Below the pieces are notes generated by a model. That model was not told where the DNA came from. It did no database searches and saw only the letters and a program-made list of their open reading frames with translations. From Cirrosporium novae-zelandiae (lineage: Eukaryota), in contig JAPETS010000002.1 of NCBI GenBank assembly GCA_026023565.1, forward strand, positions 1,116,001 to 1,180,000: DNA of 64,000 bases, given 5' to 3'. Position numbers and translations under genes: made by a program. This document shows, one piece after another, positions 13,701-26,854 of this stretch (positions within the stretch are counted from its first letter, which is position 1; each line of letters begins with the position of its first letter).

Positions 13701-14327
13701 GATGAGATGATTTAAATGATTTGATTTGTTGTCGGTACTAGGGATTTGAAGATGTGTCTTGAAAAAGAAATTCGGGATATTGAAGAGAATGTAAAAGTGT
13801 TCAATGATATGTTCTTTAAAAGGTTGTCTTTATCCTCCAAACTTTCTTATTTGGCATACAACTGATGGTCAAGAAGTGTAAAGAGATGACGTTAAAAGGT
13901 TAACGGAAATAGGAAAGGTTAAAGGCGGAGTCTCAGACATTGGAGGCTCAGCAGCAAGTCGGAGAAGTTTAAATAAAAGTTCCGACTGCCGGAATCCCCT
14001 GGTGATCCGCATTTGATTCCTGCAAACAAATGCAAACAGATGCAAACAACCAGAATTTCGCCAGAATTTCTAGATAGCTTTGGCCAACACTGACCATACC
14101 TAGCTTACTTCTTCACTGCCATCGCCTATTGCGTTTCCGCAGTAGTCTTTTTTTCTCTTTGGTTTATTGATTATCCACAAGAAAAACCCCTCTTTGCAAT
14201 TTGAATCAACGCCAACGCTTGGTAATATTGCTGAGCCCCTCGCCAAGGTATTCCAACTACTTGGACTTCATTAGATTTCAACTTGTGAGGGGAACCTAAG
14301 CTCCACTCCACGCCACCTCCTACGACC

Positions 14328-15457
14328 ATGGATTACGACCCAATGTCTTTGGATACCGAGGAGGTCGGTCCTCAGGTAACTGTGCGCGAGGTAAGGCAAT
14401 ATGTGAAGTACAATTTTATATGATCTGGATCTGATCATGCTATTGTCAGGCCGTTTCAAACAGAGTTGACTTTACGATGAGTAATATCGATCTTGGATTT
14501 GCCAACTCTATTCGTCGAACTATGCTTGCAGAAGTTCCTACGATGGCTATAGACCTTGTTGAAATTCAAGCCAATACCTCTGTCCTTGCCGATGAATTCA
14601 TTGCGCACCGCCTCGGTCTAATTCCACTGAGCTCGAAAGGAATCGATGATGTTCTATATACTCGTGATTGCGACTGTGAACAATATTGCGGCAACTGCTC
14701 AGTCGTTCTTAATCTGCATGCCAAGTGTACGGGAGACGACGTGATGAAGGTTTACGCAAGGGATCTGGTAGTTGATGAAGATAGGCCAAATAATAGTGTT
14801 GGAAATCCAGTCATATTAGACCCTGAAGGTCAAGGAAGTATCATATGCAAGTTGAGGAAAAACCAAGAACTAAGAATCAAATGTATCGCAAAGAAGGGAA
14901 TAGCCAAAGAGCATGCGAAATGGGCTCCAACCAGTGCAATTGGATTTGAGTATGATCCTCACAACAAGCTACATCACGTGGACTATTGGTTTGAATCGGA
15001 CGCAAAAACAGAATGGTGAGATTAGACTCAGCCCGCAGGCTTGTAGAGTCAATTTGCTAATACCACTAGGATTCCAACAAAAAATGCTGCCTGGGAGGAG
15101 CCACCCCAAGAGGGTGAGCCTTTCAACTATGATGCCGTCCCCTCAACCTTTTACTTCGATGTCGAGTCCGTGGGCTCTCTGGAACCAGATGCCATTGTCC
15201 AAGAAGCCATCAAAGTCTTACAACAAAAGCTGGCCGTAGTCATCCAAGAACTCTCTGGCACAGACACCCAAGCCACGGGAGAGCCCGCTGGTGGGTTCGG
15301 CAGTGCACCCAGCCCTCAACGCGGTGCACCAGATTATTCGATAGGTCAAAACTTTGGAGATAGCGGGGCTGCTAGCGCCTGGGGTGGACAGACGACAGCA
15401 TATGGAGGAAACACGGTATATGGAACCACTCCATATGGACAGAGCGGCTGGTCATGA
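14328..15457 (+). CDS. RPB3: RNA polymerase II subunit RPB3
   Basis: Exons 14328-14390, 14450-15015 and 15070-15457. Motifs [37 protein letters not shown], the CDC..C..C zinc site and [10 protein letters not shown]. Confidence 0.97.
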
Positions 15458-15699
15458 TAACCGATTACCACACCACCTACACGAGATCAAAAAGCGACGA
15501 ACTTTTGGCCTGTATTATATGGAGTCTTTACCCTGGCGTTGGGAATATTAAAAGGGGCCGTTGGCTTTTTTTCGTTTATCAAAGGCTGTGTCATGATGAT
15601 GATTCATTTTATTGTCCGCATGTTGCCTTTAGGTTATGGCGGACATGGGCTGTGCCATACATGTTAAAACCATGTTTGTTGTTGAAAGAGGCTAATTAA

Positions 15700-16158
15700 G
15701 CACAGAGACGATTTAAGCCGTTAGTGGGTTGGAAAGATTTGACTATGGATGTTCATTAGTATTACTTATACTCTCTGCGATTCTCACATCTTCCAGCTAG
15801 AGATGTGAGAACTATTTCTTATAATGCCCCCCTGAACCAGCCATATTTTAAAAAGCTTGGGCATCTAAATTACGGGAGGCTTTTTTTTTGGTTTCTAGAG
15901 CACAGAGACACATTTTAGCCGTTGAGTTGGTGGGCTGGAAAGAAAGACTACAGTAATAATCGAAATTCATCATCATCATCACCATCATTAGTATTACTCT
16001 ACTATACTCTCCCTGCAGTTCAGTTCTCAAATCTTTCAGCTAGCGGATCCGAGAACCATTTCTTGGTGATTTCTACCCTTCCCCCCTTCCCAAACTATCT
16101 ATACTTTTAGGAAGCCCAGGATCTAAATCGCAGGAGACATTTGTTTTCTTCTTCTAGA
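15700..16158. repeat. Degenerate two-copy tandem duplication (~200-260 bp)
   Basis: Colinear shared blocks: cacagagac..agccgtt (15701/15901), cattagtattact (15754/15986), cagctag..gagaac, and atctaaat..tctaga. Confidence 0.7.
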
Positions 16159-17535
16159 TCTTTAGGTACATTAATTAATTAATGATTCCCCCTTTTAATT
16201 TTACGAAAAAAAAAAAAACTTTTTGAAAATAAATGAATGAAATCTTTTGTTGGAAGAAGGCAAGGCAAGGCAAGGCAAGTTAATAAACACACACACACAC
16301 ACACACACTGTTACGTAAGTAACTGAGCTAAAAGGAGGGAGGTGGGATAATTATTAATAGTTAGTTAGTGGATAGGTAGTGTTGTGTTGTGTTGTGTTGT
16401 GTTGGGATATATGGGATGGATTGAGCTGGTTTGTGGTGTGTATATAGTTTTTGTTATGGATTATGGATTATGGATTAAGGGAAAGGAGAGGGGATGGGAC
16501 ACACACACATACACATACACACACACTCTCTCTCTCTCTCCCTCTCTTGAAAAAGCTAAACTTACAGTAATTACTTGAATCTTTCCATATAGACTAAACA
16601 CCTATCCCATGGGATACAATCCTAATTCCATCACCCCCCCCCCCAATATCCCCCATTTTCCGCTTAATATCTCTATTCTATCTCTATCACATCCCCATGC
16701 ATGATATAATACTTTTCTTTCTTTCCTTTCTTTCGTCTCAATACTTCCAATAGCCCACCCATATAATTAGCTCAATATCATAAGAAAAAAATCATTTCGT
16801 TTCCAATGTAAATGTATGAAAAGGAAGGGAAAAAATTAAAAAAATAAAAAAGTACTGTTTTTATTATCTCTTCTCTCTCACTATCTCTTCACCCCCCTTT
16901 TTTTTTTATCCCACTCTTATAGCCTAGCTAGCTAGGTTATATACTCCCTATCTTATCCTAACACTACCTAGGTTACTGTACGTATCCACTCAAGTAGATC
17001 TGGGTAATTAGGTTGTTAATTAGCGGATAGGATAGGATAGGATAGGATAGGATATCCCATTTTTGGATTGGGTTGGTAGTTGGGGAAGAGTGGGTAGGTA
17101 AGTAAGTAAGAGTGAGAGTGTTGGTTTTGCTTTTCTAACAATCAATCACCGATTAAATTAATTACTGTAGATCATGTAGACTATATGTACAGTATATCTA
17201 GTGATAGCGATAGGTGATAAGGCATTCTCTTAGAGAGAAAAATAAACCCAAAAACAGAAAATCTTTGTTGGTATATGTATATTATAATAAAGGGATTTCT
17301 TGATTTTTTCTAAGTCTATTCGGTTCTATATGTGTATATGCTAGGTATCTAGTGAATAGAATCTTTTGACCATAAACGCCAGAATCAAAAATCAATGGTC
17401 CAGAAGAGGAGAGAGAGAAAAAAGCTGGCGGCATCCAGAATAAACTATACAGAACCGGCCGTAGGCTAAACAACTCTTGGGAGAGCGGGTGGGTTTCCCC
17501 TCCTATCCCCCAACCCCACCCCCGCCCCCTCTTCC

Positions 17536-18556
17536 CTATTCCAACCCCTTAAGCCTCCGATAAATTTTCTTATGCTGTTCCAAAAACACAAACGTCGCAA
17601 TAGTATGCGGGCCCAGTCGAATGAAACTCGGTACCCATCCTCTAAAGATCCACGTCATGCCTTCTTTCTTATACGTAGCCTTCAGGAGGTGAATGACGCC
17701 CTGTTCATCATGTGCGCTCATGACACGGGTTTTGATAACGTCCACGGGACTGCAGGCCGTGGTTGCGACGAACCCGGCCATGAAGCTCGCCGTGAAGTGT
17801 GTTGTTAGGTTATCTTCTAGGGGGGTGTGGGCTAGAAGGGCTTGTTTGAATCCATCGTATGAGGCGAGTTGGCTTGCGGTCATGAGAACAGCACGCATGC
17901 TGTTGGGACCGACGCCCTTAAAGAGGCTTTTCCAGCCCTCGTCTCTTGTCATCCGGATGAGTCCGTCCACTGCATTCTTGTAGTTTCTTCGCTTGTTGAG
18001 GGGTAGTGATGCATCATGCTGCATGCGGACGTTGAGAACGTCTGCGGGGTTCCCTGCTATTCCGCCTAGGAACCCCGAGGCTGAGGCTATGGCTATGAGG
18101 GAGGGGAGCGAGGGCTGCGATCGGGCGGTGGAGAACATTTCTTTGAGTTCTTCGTAGACTCCGAAGCGGGTGGTGGAGTAGGTCAGTTGGCGGAGGATAG
18201 AGGCGGAAAGACCGCTGTAGAGTCCGAGGAAGCCATTGTTCTTGAGGACGTGGAAGAAGGTCCTGACCATTGTTTTGGGGCCATCGGGAGCGCGGGTTTG
18301 GAGGCGAACCTGCGGGTTCAGTTAGAATCTGGATACAGGATACAAGTGTAGTTCTAAAGAAGGGTAATACCTTGACTGTCATTCAGGTTAGACCATGCTC
18401 CAACATCTCATAATGCATCAAGGGTACCAGCTTACCGAGGTCTAGGGGATGTGTTACCGATGCAGCAAAACAAGATGCTGAACCACCGAACCAAAACGGG
18501 TAATGGATTGAAGGCCCGCCATTATTCGCAGACCGGGAAGATTTCGAGGAACTCAT
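17536..18556 (-). CDS. DIC1: Mitochondrial dicarboxylate carrier (SLC25A10/Dic1)
   Basis: Exons 18556-18436, 18375-18371 (5 nt) and 18309-17536 give YPFWFGG..HPLDLVKVRLQ. Also RQLTYSTTRFG, NPADVLNVRMQ and SPVDVIKTR. Confidence 0.93.
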
Positions 18557-19078
18557 GAAGCGAAAGTCGTACGACTTCTATATGTACAATCGAGAGAAGA
18601 GTCACGCGACGACGAATATCCTCCCTAGCCAGACTTTCGAAAGTTCCAAGAATAATAAATTGGCGAGGTCCAAGTCATCACAGTTGTTGATGATATGGTA
18701 GGATGGTGGGGTTCTGGTCTATATGGGGGTTATCTGAGGGTAGAAGGCGGAAATAAATCTGGATTCCTTGAATTAATTATTATTTTATTTTTTTTTGTTG
18801 ACGAACCGACTTTCTTTGATGTCAGACAGATCTGGAGTCTTGGCCGGAAGGAAGTCCGATAACCGGCCATTAATTTAACACCCGAAATCCCGATGGCCGC
18901 CATTTATTCCGACAGGTCCGGCTCTCGGGGCCGTAAACACCGTAGGGCTGAAAAAGAATCTTGAAGCAAAAAAGTAGTCTTCCACAAATTCCGGTTGATC
19001 GTACCTTGTACCTCGACATCTTCAATTCTCTCTCCACTCAAACCATTGAAGCTTCACCGGATTTCAGGGCTTTTGGGG

Positions 19079-20574
19079 ATGCGTCTTGCAGCTACTGAAA
19101 CCATCTGGCTACTGTCTTCGGCAGGACGAGTAGCAAGATCAAGATGGAGCTGTTTAAGAGCTATCGGGGTGAATTGGAAAACCCAGTCCAGATATAATTC
19201 TCAATCTACTACCCGTGAGCCTTTTCTACGGCAAGAATGCCTTGACAGTTCAAACTCATGGGTCATTGAATAGCACCAAAAGATAGCAAGGTTACAATTG
19301 GCGGTACCGCATATCCTACAGACGAATGGACCAATGTTCCATCCAGCATCATTGGTCTGGCCGATAGAAAACCACGACTTTACCTAGATTCAAATCACCC
19401 TATATGCATAACGCGCAAGCTAATTGAGGGACAATTCGGGGCGCCTGAATATAAGAACCACCAAATCCCGAATCCTGTAGTCTCGGTCCATGACAATTTT
19501 GATGTCCTTGGTTTCCCTCCAGACCATGTTGGCCGCAGCCGAACAGACACTTATTATGTGAACAAAGATACGGTGTTGCGAACGCATACGAGTGCCCATC
19601 AGGCGCAACATTTCAGGGAGATGGATTCAGATGGCTATACACTATCTGCGGATGTATACAGAAGAGATGCTATCGACAGGAGCCATTACCCCGTTTTCCA
19701 CCAGATGGAGGGGGCTAGATTGTGGGACAGGAATAGTGTCCCGCAAGGGAAACTTGCTGAAGCTATATGGAAAGATGTCGAAGCACTTCCCAAGCACGAT
19801 ATCAAAGTCGAAGACCCAAACCCTACTTTCCACCCAGAAAGAAATCCACTTCAGTCGGAGTTTCACTCTCCCGAAGAAGCTGAAGCGGTTGCCGCTCATC
19901 TAAAGCGATCTCTAGAAGGACTAATAGTCCAAGTCATGTCCAAAGCACGCCAGGCCTCCATCGAAGCAGGCGACCAAGCCTCATCCGACTCCCAACCACT
20001 CCAAGTCCGTTGGATAGAAGCCTACTTTCCCTTCACGAGCCCCTCCTGGGAAATTGAAGTCTTCTGGCAAGGCGACTGGCTAGAACTCCTAGGCTGCGGC
20101 ATCGTCAAACAAGATCTCCTCAACAACTCCAGCTGCACCTCCAAAATCGGCTGGGCCTGGGGCATCGGCCTCGAACGAATAGCCATGCTCCTCTTCGGAA
20201 TCCCCGACATCCGCCTCTTCTGGTCCCAAGACCCCCGCTTCCTCTCCCAATTCCACCACTCCCGCATAAACCACTTTCGCCCCTTTTCTAAATACCCCGC
20301 CTGTCCCAAGGACGTCGCTTTCTGGGTGAAACATCCCGCCAAGGGCTTTCATGAAAATGATGTCATGGAGATTGTGAGGGATGTGGGTGGGGATTTGATT
20401 GAGGATGTGAAGTTGGTGGATGAGTTTACCCATCCAAAGACGGGGAGGAGGAGCTTGTGCTATCGGATCGTATATCGTAGTCTGGAGAGGACGTTGACGA
20501 ATATGGAGATTAATGAGTTGCATGAGAGGGTGAGGGAGAAGTTGGAGGGGGAGATGGATGTGGAATTGAGGTAG
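19079..20574 (+). CDS. MSF1: Mitochondrial phenylalanyl-tRNA synthetase
   Basis: Arg/Ser-rich presequence exon 19079-19214 and exon 19274-20574. Motifs LRTHTSAHQ, YRRDAIDRSHYPVFHQMEG, YFPFTSPS and GIGLER, plus a C-terminal FDX-ACB domain. Confidence 0.95.
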
Positions 20575-23199
20575 GTGGGTAGGTACTGCTGTTGGTATGT
20601 TGGTATATCGATGTCAGAAACCAAAAACTTGTATCACCATGATGAAAAAATACTACAAAAATCTCTTTCCCCTAAAATCCTATCACCAGTTTAAGCTATT
20701 TTCTTTTCTTTTTCTTTTTCTTTTTATCAAGCTACTGTACCTCGTTCCTTATCACTTATCTTTTATCCCTTATCCGTATCCTTATCCCCCTCCTCCCCTT
20801 CCCCCATAGAACCATTCCAAAAACAAAAAGCAAAGATCAAAACACAACACAGCACAACCTACTTCCCTCAACACAACACTTCTCCCAACATACCAACAGC
20901 AAAACCAGGATTTCCCGACACCGATACCAACGCCGACACGGGACCACCACCAAAGACTCCCGAATCCCGAACTCAACGAGGATTTCCTCCCTACCCATGC
21001 ATCCATCAATTTCATCAACTCCAAATCTCCAAACCTCAAAAATCTCAAAATATAGGAAATAAACGAGAGCTCTAGATATATCTATATAAAAAAAGGGGGA
21101 GGGATGGTATTTTTTATGTATGTTACGTTTGTCTGTCTGGTTAGGCCCATTTTTGTGGTTTTGTGGGTCTATGGTTCGTGATCTGTGGTTTCTGTTCTTT
21201 ACAGTATCTCCTTTTCCCTTATCCCTTATCCCTTCTGAATACTCAGCTCGGCTCAACACAATTTGACACAACCCATCCAAACCCACTTCGACAAGAGACA
21301 ACCTGATTCGTTGATTCGATTCCCTTGTTTATCAAACACCTTGATATATATAAATATTCATATCTACATTCTCATCCCCTCCTTCCTCCTAGATAAATAA
21401 ACGAATCAATGAAATTCAGCCATCAACCATCAATTATCAACCTACGTTAGCTACTTTAGCTACACCCATTCTCCCTTCTCCCCTTCTCCCTTGTGACTTT
21501 GAGACTTGGGATTTTTGATGTGAGATGTGGAGCTATACTATCGAACAGATTGATTAATGGACTTTTGGATTGGTTTATTTCGAGACCGAGGGTGGAATTT
21601 CAGTCTAGGTTCATGTCTGGGTTTAAGTAAGTACTGTTAGGTACTATAAATTTGGATGGGGGGTCGAGGAAGAAGGAGTAATGGATAAGGAAATAACGTG
21701 AAGGAAATTCCATCCACCTATCCAACTCAACTCAACTCAACCCAACCCAGCCCTTTCCTCCTTCTCCCCAACCACCAACCACCAACCACCAATCATCAAA
21801 CCCCTAACCCCTATCCCCCAAAACCCTCCCAAAATTAATAAATCAATAAAACCAATCCCACAAACTTTCAACCTTCATGTTCACATTTTCACATTTCTAA
21901 AGTTTCGAAATTTTCGAAATCAAGGCTCTAGTTATATATACTTACCTAGATAATTAAAGATTAAGGATAGTTGGTTCTATTTTTTTTGGCTTTTTAGGGG
22001 AATATGGGGAGGGGATATGTAGAAGGGATATGCGGGGGGCGGAGGAGAAGAAAGAGGGTAGGTACATAGGGGGTATAGCTACATACAAACATACATACTC
22101 TAGTAGATATAGATATAGGCATAAAATCTAGAAAGCACATCATCGTACGTCACTACACGTAGGCTTGATAAGGAATTCCTTTCTTTCCTCCTCCTTCTTC
22201 TTCTTCTTGATGCTAGACTTCCAGCACATGGCTCTATCATGTCATATCCCAAGAAAAGGAGTCCTTGTCTGTGCAATTCTAGATTCCGATCTTTCCGGTC
22301 TTGAGGTAGGGCGAGAATCGGAGTTAGGAGGTGTGAATACTACACCTACGTGCCTACCTACTAGGTCTTCACATCTCTTCTCCATTCACATCTTTAATTC
22401 ACTTCCCTTTCCTCTGCCACAAATCAAACGTCCCACGTCCAAAGTTGTGAATTTAATCCGTATACACACGTAAGATGCCAGCACGTAGGAGTGGAAGTGG
22501 AAATGGAAGAAAGCTATACTATCTAGGTATACTACCAAGCTATCAATGGGATAGCAGTGGAATGGTTTTTTTGGGTTGGGAGTTGAGATTAGAGAGGTGA
22601 GATTGGAATTAGATAGTTCGGGATTGGAGTTGGGGAGGTACTGGATTGGTACTGGGTAGGGTATTCACTTCACTTTTCTTCACTTCTCCAGCACAAGCCA
22701 CAAGGAGCCAAGTCCCAATCCCAAATCCCCAGTCCCACGTCCCAAAGTTGTGAATCCAAAGGTTGTGAATTTAATCCACCAACACATCAAACATCCACAC
22801 AGTCGCACACACACGTATACACGCATTCACCATCTCCAATTCACTTCTCCCCCACCCACACCGGACATCCACACATACGTAGGCGTAAGCGTAATCGTAC
22901 TGCGCGTGGGACATAAATAGGTCGCCGATTCCCCGCTTAGTCGTTCGTTTTTTCTCTTTCTCCCTATCTTTCTCCGTTGACATATATATTCTTTACCTTC
23001 TTTACGGGATATATACACATAGCTTTTTCGGACAACAGTTATATAGATGGACATTTCTTTTCTTTTCTTTTTCTTTGAGGGCTTTAGGTTTAGGTTTGGT
23101 TATATAAATTGTACTTTTGTGGATAGTTATATAGATAGATATTCTCTTTTCTTTTTTTTATCCTTCTTTTTCGGTGCTTTGTTTAGGAGGGAGAGGGTG

Positions 23200-26100
23200 G
23201 GGGTGATGAAGATGATAACGAGAACGAGAATGCCAACTATGATATCCTCTCTTTTTCTATTTTTGTTCGGAGGGGTGGGTGTAATGCCAATAATAATATT
23301 GACTATCAATGACAACGGGAACAAGTGTCTTCTAACGATATTCTTTTTTTTTATCTGCTTTGTTTTGTTTCGGGAAAAGGGGGTAATACCAATAACCCTA
23401 TGGATATTGAATCATCAAACGATAGTCAGAAAATAACTCAAAATCCTATAGTCCAGACACTACCTCCAAATAATATTCTTTTTCTTTTTTTCTTTTTTTT
23501 CTCCGCTCTTACTCTTTTCATACCTTATTTATTTACTTTGTTTGCGGGAAAAAAGGAAAGGGGAAAGGCCGGAGTGCCAACCATGATATCCTCTTTCTTT
23601 CTATTTTTGTTCGGGAGGTGTGATAACCCCTAACAATACCGCTGATAATGACAGTTATACCAGTGGACAGTATTAGTACCTCTAGATAATATTCTTTTTC
23701 TTTCTTTCTTTTTTTTCTCCATGCTTACTCTTTTCATAACATATTTGTTTGTTTCCAGCAAAAAAAGAAAAGGGGAAAGAAGGAAGAGGGAGTAGTAATT
23801 ATAATGAGACACTGATAACGATGACTATATAACAAAAAAAGGAACAGAGATCCATCCATGCCTGTGGATTTAGGCTTGACTTGGTATTTTATATCAAACC
23901 GATCAACGCCATCTCCAGTAACAAACATGGACACTATTGAAGAATATTTTTTAGATTCATTAGTCATTTTTTTACTTTCCCTATTGTTGTCTTTGTTGTT
24001 ATTTTTTACTCGGGGAAAAGAGTGATAATTCACAATCATGATACACCGATAACGATGGACAAAGAAAAGGTCAAGAGGTTCATGCCAATCCATATACTTG
24101 GTATTTCATATCAAACCGATGAATTCATGGCATGTCATGTCATAGTATGAAACACCGTCTAGCAAAGATGAACACACTCTTGCAGAATATTTCTCCGTTA
24201 TTCCCTTTTCTTTATTCTATCGCAAACCACTAGAAACCTAGTAGCTCAGATTCTTATTAATGATTCCAGACCTATTATTTTTATATATATTTTTCAATCA
24301 TGACTTGTGTTCCATTACTACAAAAAGGGAGAGCACTATATAATTTATTTATGAAATTATGTCATATATAGACAGACACGATCTAGTGAAGATGAAACAC
24401 CCACTACAAAAAAGCTCTGTTTGATTTATTAATTGTTTTTTTTTATTTTTTCTATTGTTGGGTTTTGTTCCCTTCCTTTCTCTATTCTATCGTAAACTGA
24501 AAACTCCCTATGGTAGATTAGCTAGTCAGTCTCGTTAATGATTCTCGGTCAATCATTTTTCTATATATATTTTTCTCAATTATGATCATGGTTCCGATGA
24601 CAAAAAAAAGACAGAGATTTCATGCCAGTACATTTGGGCAAAGTACGCTGGCATTCATATCAACCGATGAACTCCATCCCCAGCGAACAAAAATAAACAA
24701 ATAACTATTGCAGAATATTTCTCTGTTAATTATTGTTATTCTCTTCTTTAATTCTATCCGGGAAACCAAATCCCCCCTTCTATGGCAACCAGCTACAGTA
24801 GTTTTGTTAATAATTCTAGACCCCATCATGCTTATATATATATATACACTTTGGAATCGTGATAATAGAGACGACGAACTTTGTATTGTTATTTTGGTAT
24901 TCACGTTCAAGCTGATAAATGAATTTATCTTATGGATACTCCATCCAACGAAGATGAACAACCACCAGCTTACAAATATGGACACTATTACAAAAAAACA
25001 CTACTAGGTTCTTTGGTCATTCTTTTACCTTCCTCGCTATGGTCTTTGCTTCTTTCTTCTTTACTTCATCGAAGAACCAAAAACAAAAAAACCTTCGTGA
25101 CAATCAGCTAAAATATCTTCGTTGATAATTCCAGGTCTATTATATATATTTATCCATCCATACACACATCATATTTATATACCTTGAAAAAACCCTAACC
25201 AATGTGTTCTACTACAAAACAAGGAGCACTATATAAAAATTTTATTTGGATTCATTGGTTATTCCTTTACCTTCCTCACTGTTGTTGTCTTTATTCCTTT
25301 CTTTATTCCATTAAAGAACTAAAAGCAAAAAACCTTCGTGATAACTAGCTGTAGTATCTTCATTGGTGATTCTAGACCTATCCTCTATGTATACACATAT
25401 CTCTCTCTCAAAACCATAACCACATGTTCCTACCACCACAAAAAGGGAATGAAATTCCTATCAAGTTTGTTTTTCATTTTTTTACCATTTCTATTGTTAG
25501 TTTTGTCTCTGCTCCTTTCTTTATTCCATTGGGAAATAAAAACAAAAACCGTGGCAGCTAGCTAGTTAGTCTCGTTGATAACTCTAGATCTATCATTCAT
25601 TCATATATCTCTCTCTTGGGGTCCTGGACATAGTTCCTGTGAAGGCAGCGCTTGGTACAGGCAGTGTGGTAGATTAGTGAGGCAAAGGAATATATAACTA
25701 ATAGGTATAATGTGCTATTCGCATGCTTGTGTCTCGGTAGGTACTCTCATGTTCTTCGCATGCTTGTCACAGTAGTAACGTTTGTTCAGGTCCCCACTTC
25801 GTTAGAAAATACCGCTTTAAACCTCAGGCTAAAGTCGGCCCGTTACCTGGCAGATCCTACCGATGAGGCCTTGAAGTCGTTCTCTGAGCATGCCCATACA
25901 TTAGATTTAGACATGCAAAACGCACCTAAAACTGGTGCGGCGATGGTGGACACCCCAAGGCGCTCACGTGTTCTTCCTGCGACCTTTCCGAGCTCCTCTG
26001 CTCCTTTCTTGGGTGAGGCAACCTTGGCAGAGCTGGTTCATGCTGTTCGTGTGGGAGTTAACGCTTATCATGCTATGGTAAGCATGCTTCAACCTCGTAC

Positions 26101-26500
26101 AGTAATTACAAACCAGCTGCGGTATCTTTGTTGATAGTTCTACATCTATTATATATATATTCATACCTACACACACACATGTATATTCCACTACAAAAAA
26201 GGAGCACTATATAAAAAAACCTTGCCAAATTTATTCGTCATTCTTTTACCTTCTCTTACAGAAAAGGAAATAAACCAGACCAATAAAATCAAAAAATCCG
26301 GTCTAGTCTATTCTTTTCGCTACCTTCTCTATTGTTGTCTTCGCTGTTGTTCCTTTCTTTACTCCATCGCAAATCGGAAAACACATGACAACCAGCTGCA
26401 GCATCCTCGGTGATGATTCTAGACCCACCATCCATCCACCTATCTCTCTCTCTCTCTGTCTCTCTCTCAAAAATATTCTCTCACTACCACCATATTACAA
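23200..26500. repeat. Degenerate AT-rich tandem array, period ~210-320 bp, interrupted by a unique insert
   Basis: Recurrent block agct....(g)tTgATrATTCyAGAyC near 24242, 24520, 24790, 25106, 25346, 25556, 26113 and 26393. Recurrent actacaaaa..gagcactatata near 24316, 25211 and 26190. Confidence 0.75.
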
Positions 26501-26854
26501 AGGGCCGAGGGAACAATATATATAACACCATCATCTTAGATAAACCAAGCGCAAAGGGAAAAAGGCAAAAACCAAAATTCCTTCTTATATAATTACAAAA
26601 TAAGAGACAACCATGAAAAGGGTATTATACCCCTTCCTCCCCTTTCTTTCTTCCTTCTTACTCTCTTTCATTTCCTCTTTTCTTTTCTTTCATATCATTA
26701 GGATAGAAAAGCAATCCAACCTCTGCCTCGATTTGGTTGGTGGTGGCAGTAGTGGGTATCGGATACCTCTCTTCGTCTTTGATCTTCGACCTTCGATGAA
26801 GATGGTGACGATGATGAATGAAGAAGAGTGTCCCAGCAAGGGGTCCTGATCTTG

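Noticed and set aside
20597..25565. Many 60-150 aa F/L/I/K-rich ORFs
   Set aside because: They are artefacts of AT-rich repeats, often open on both strands and with non-ATG starts.
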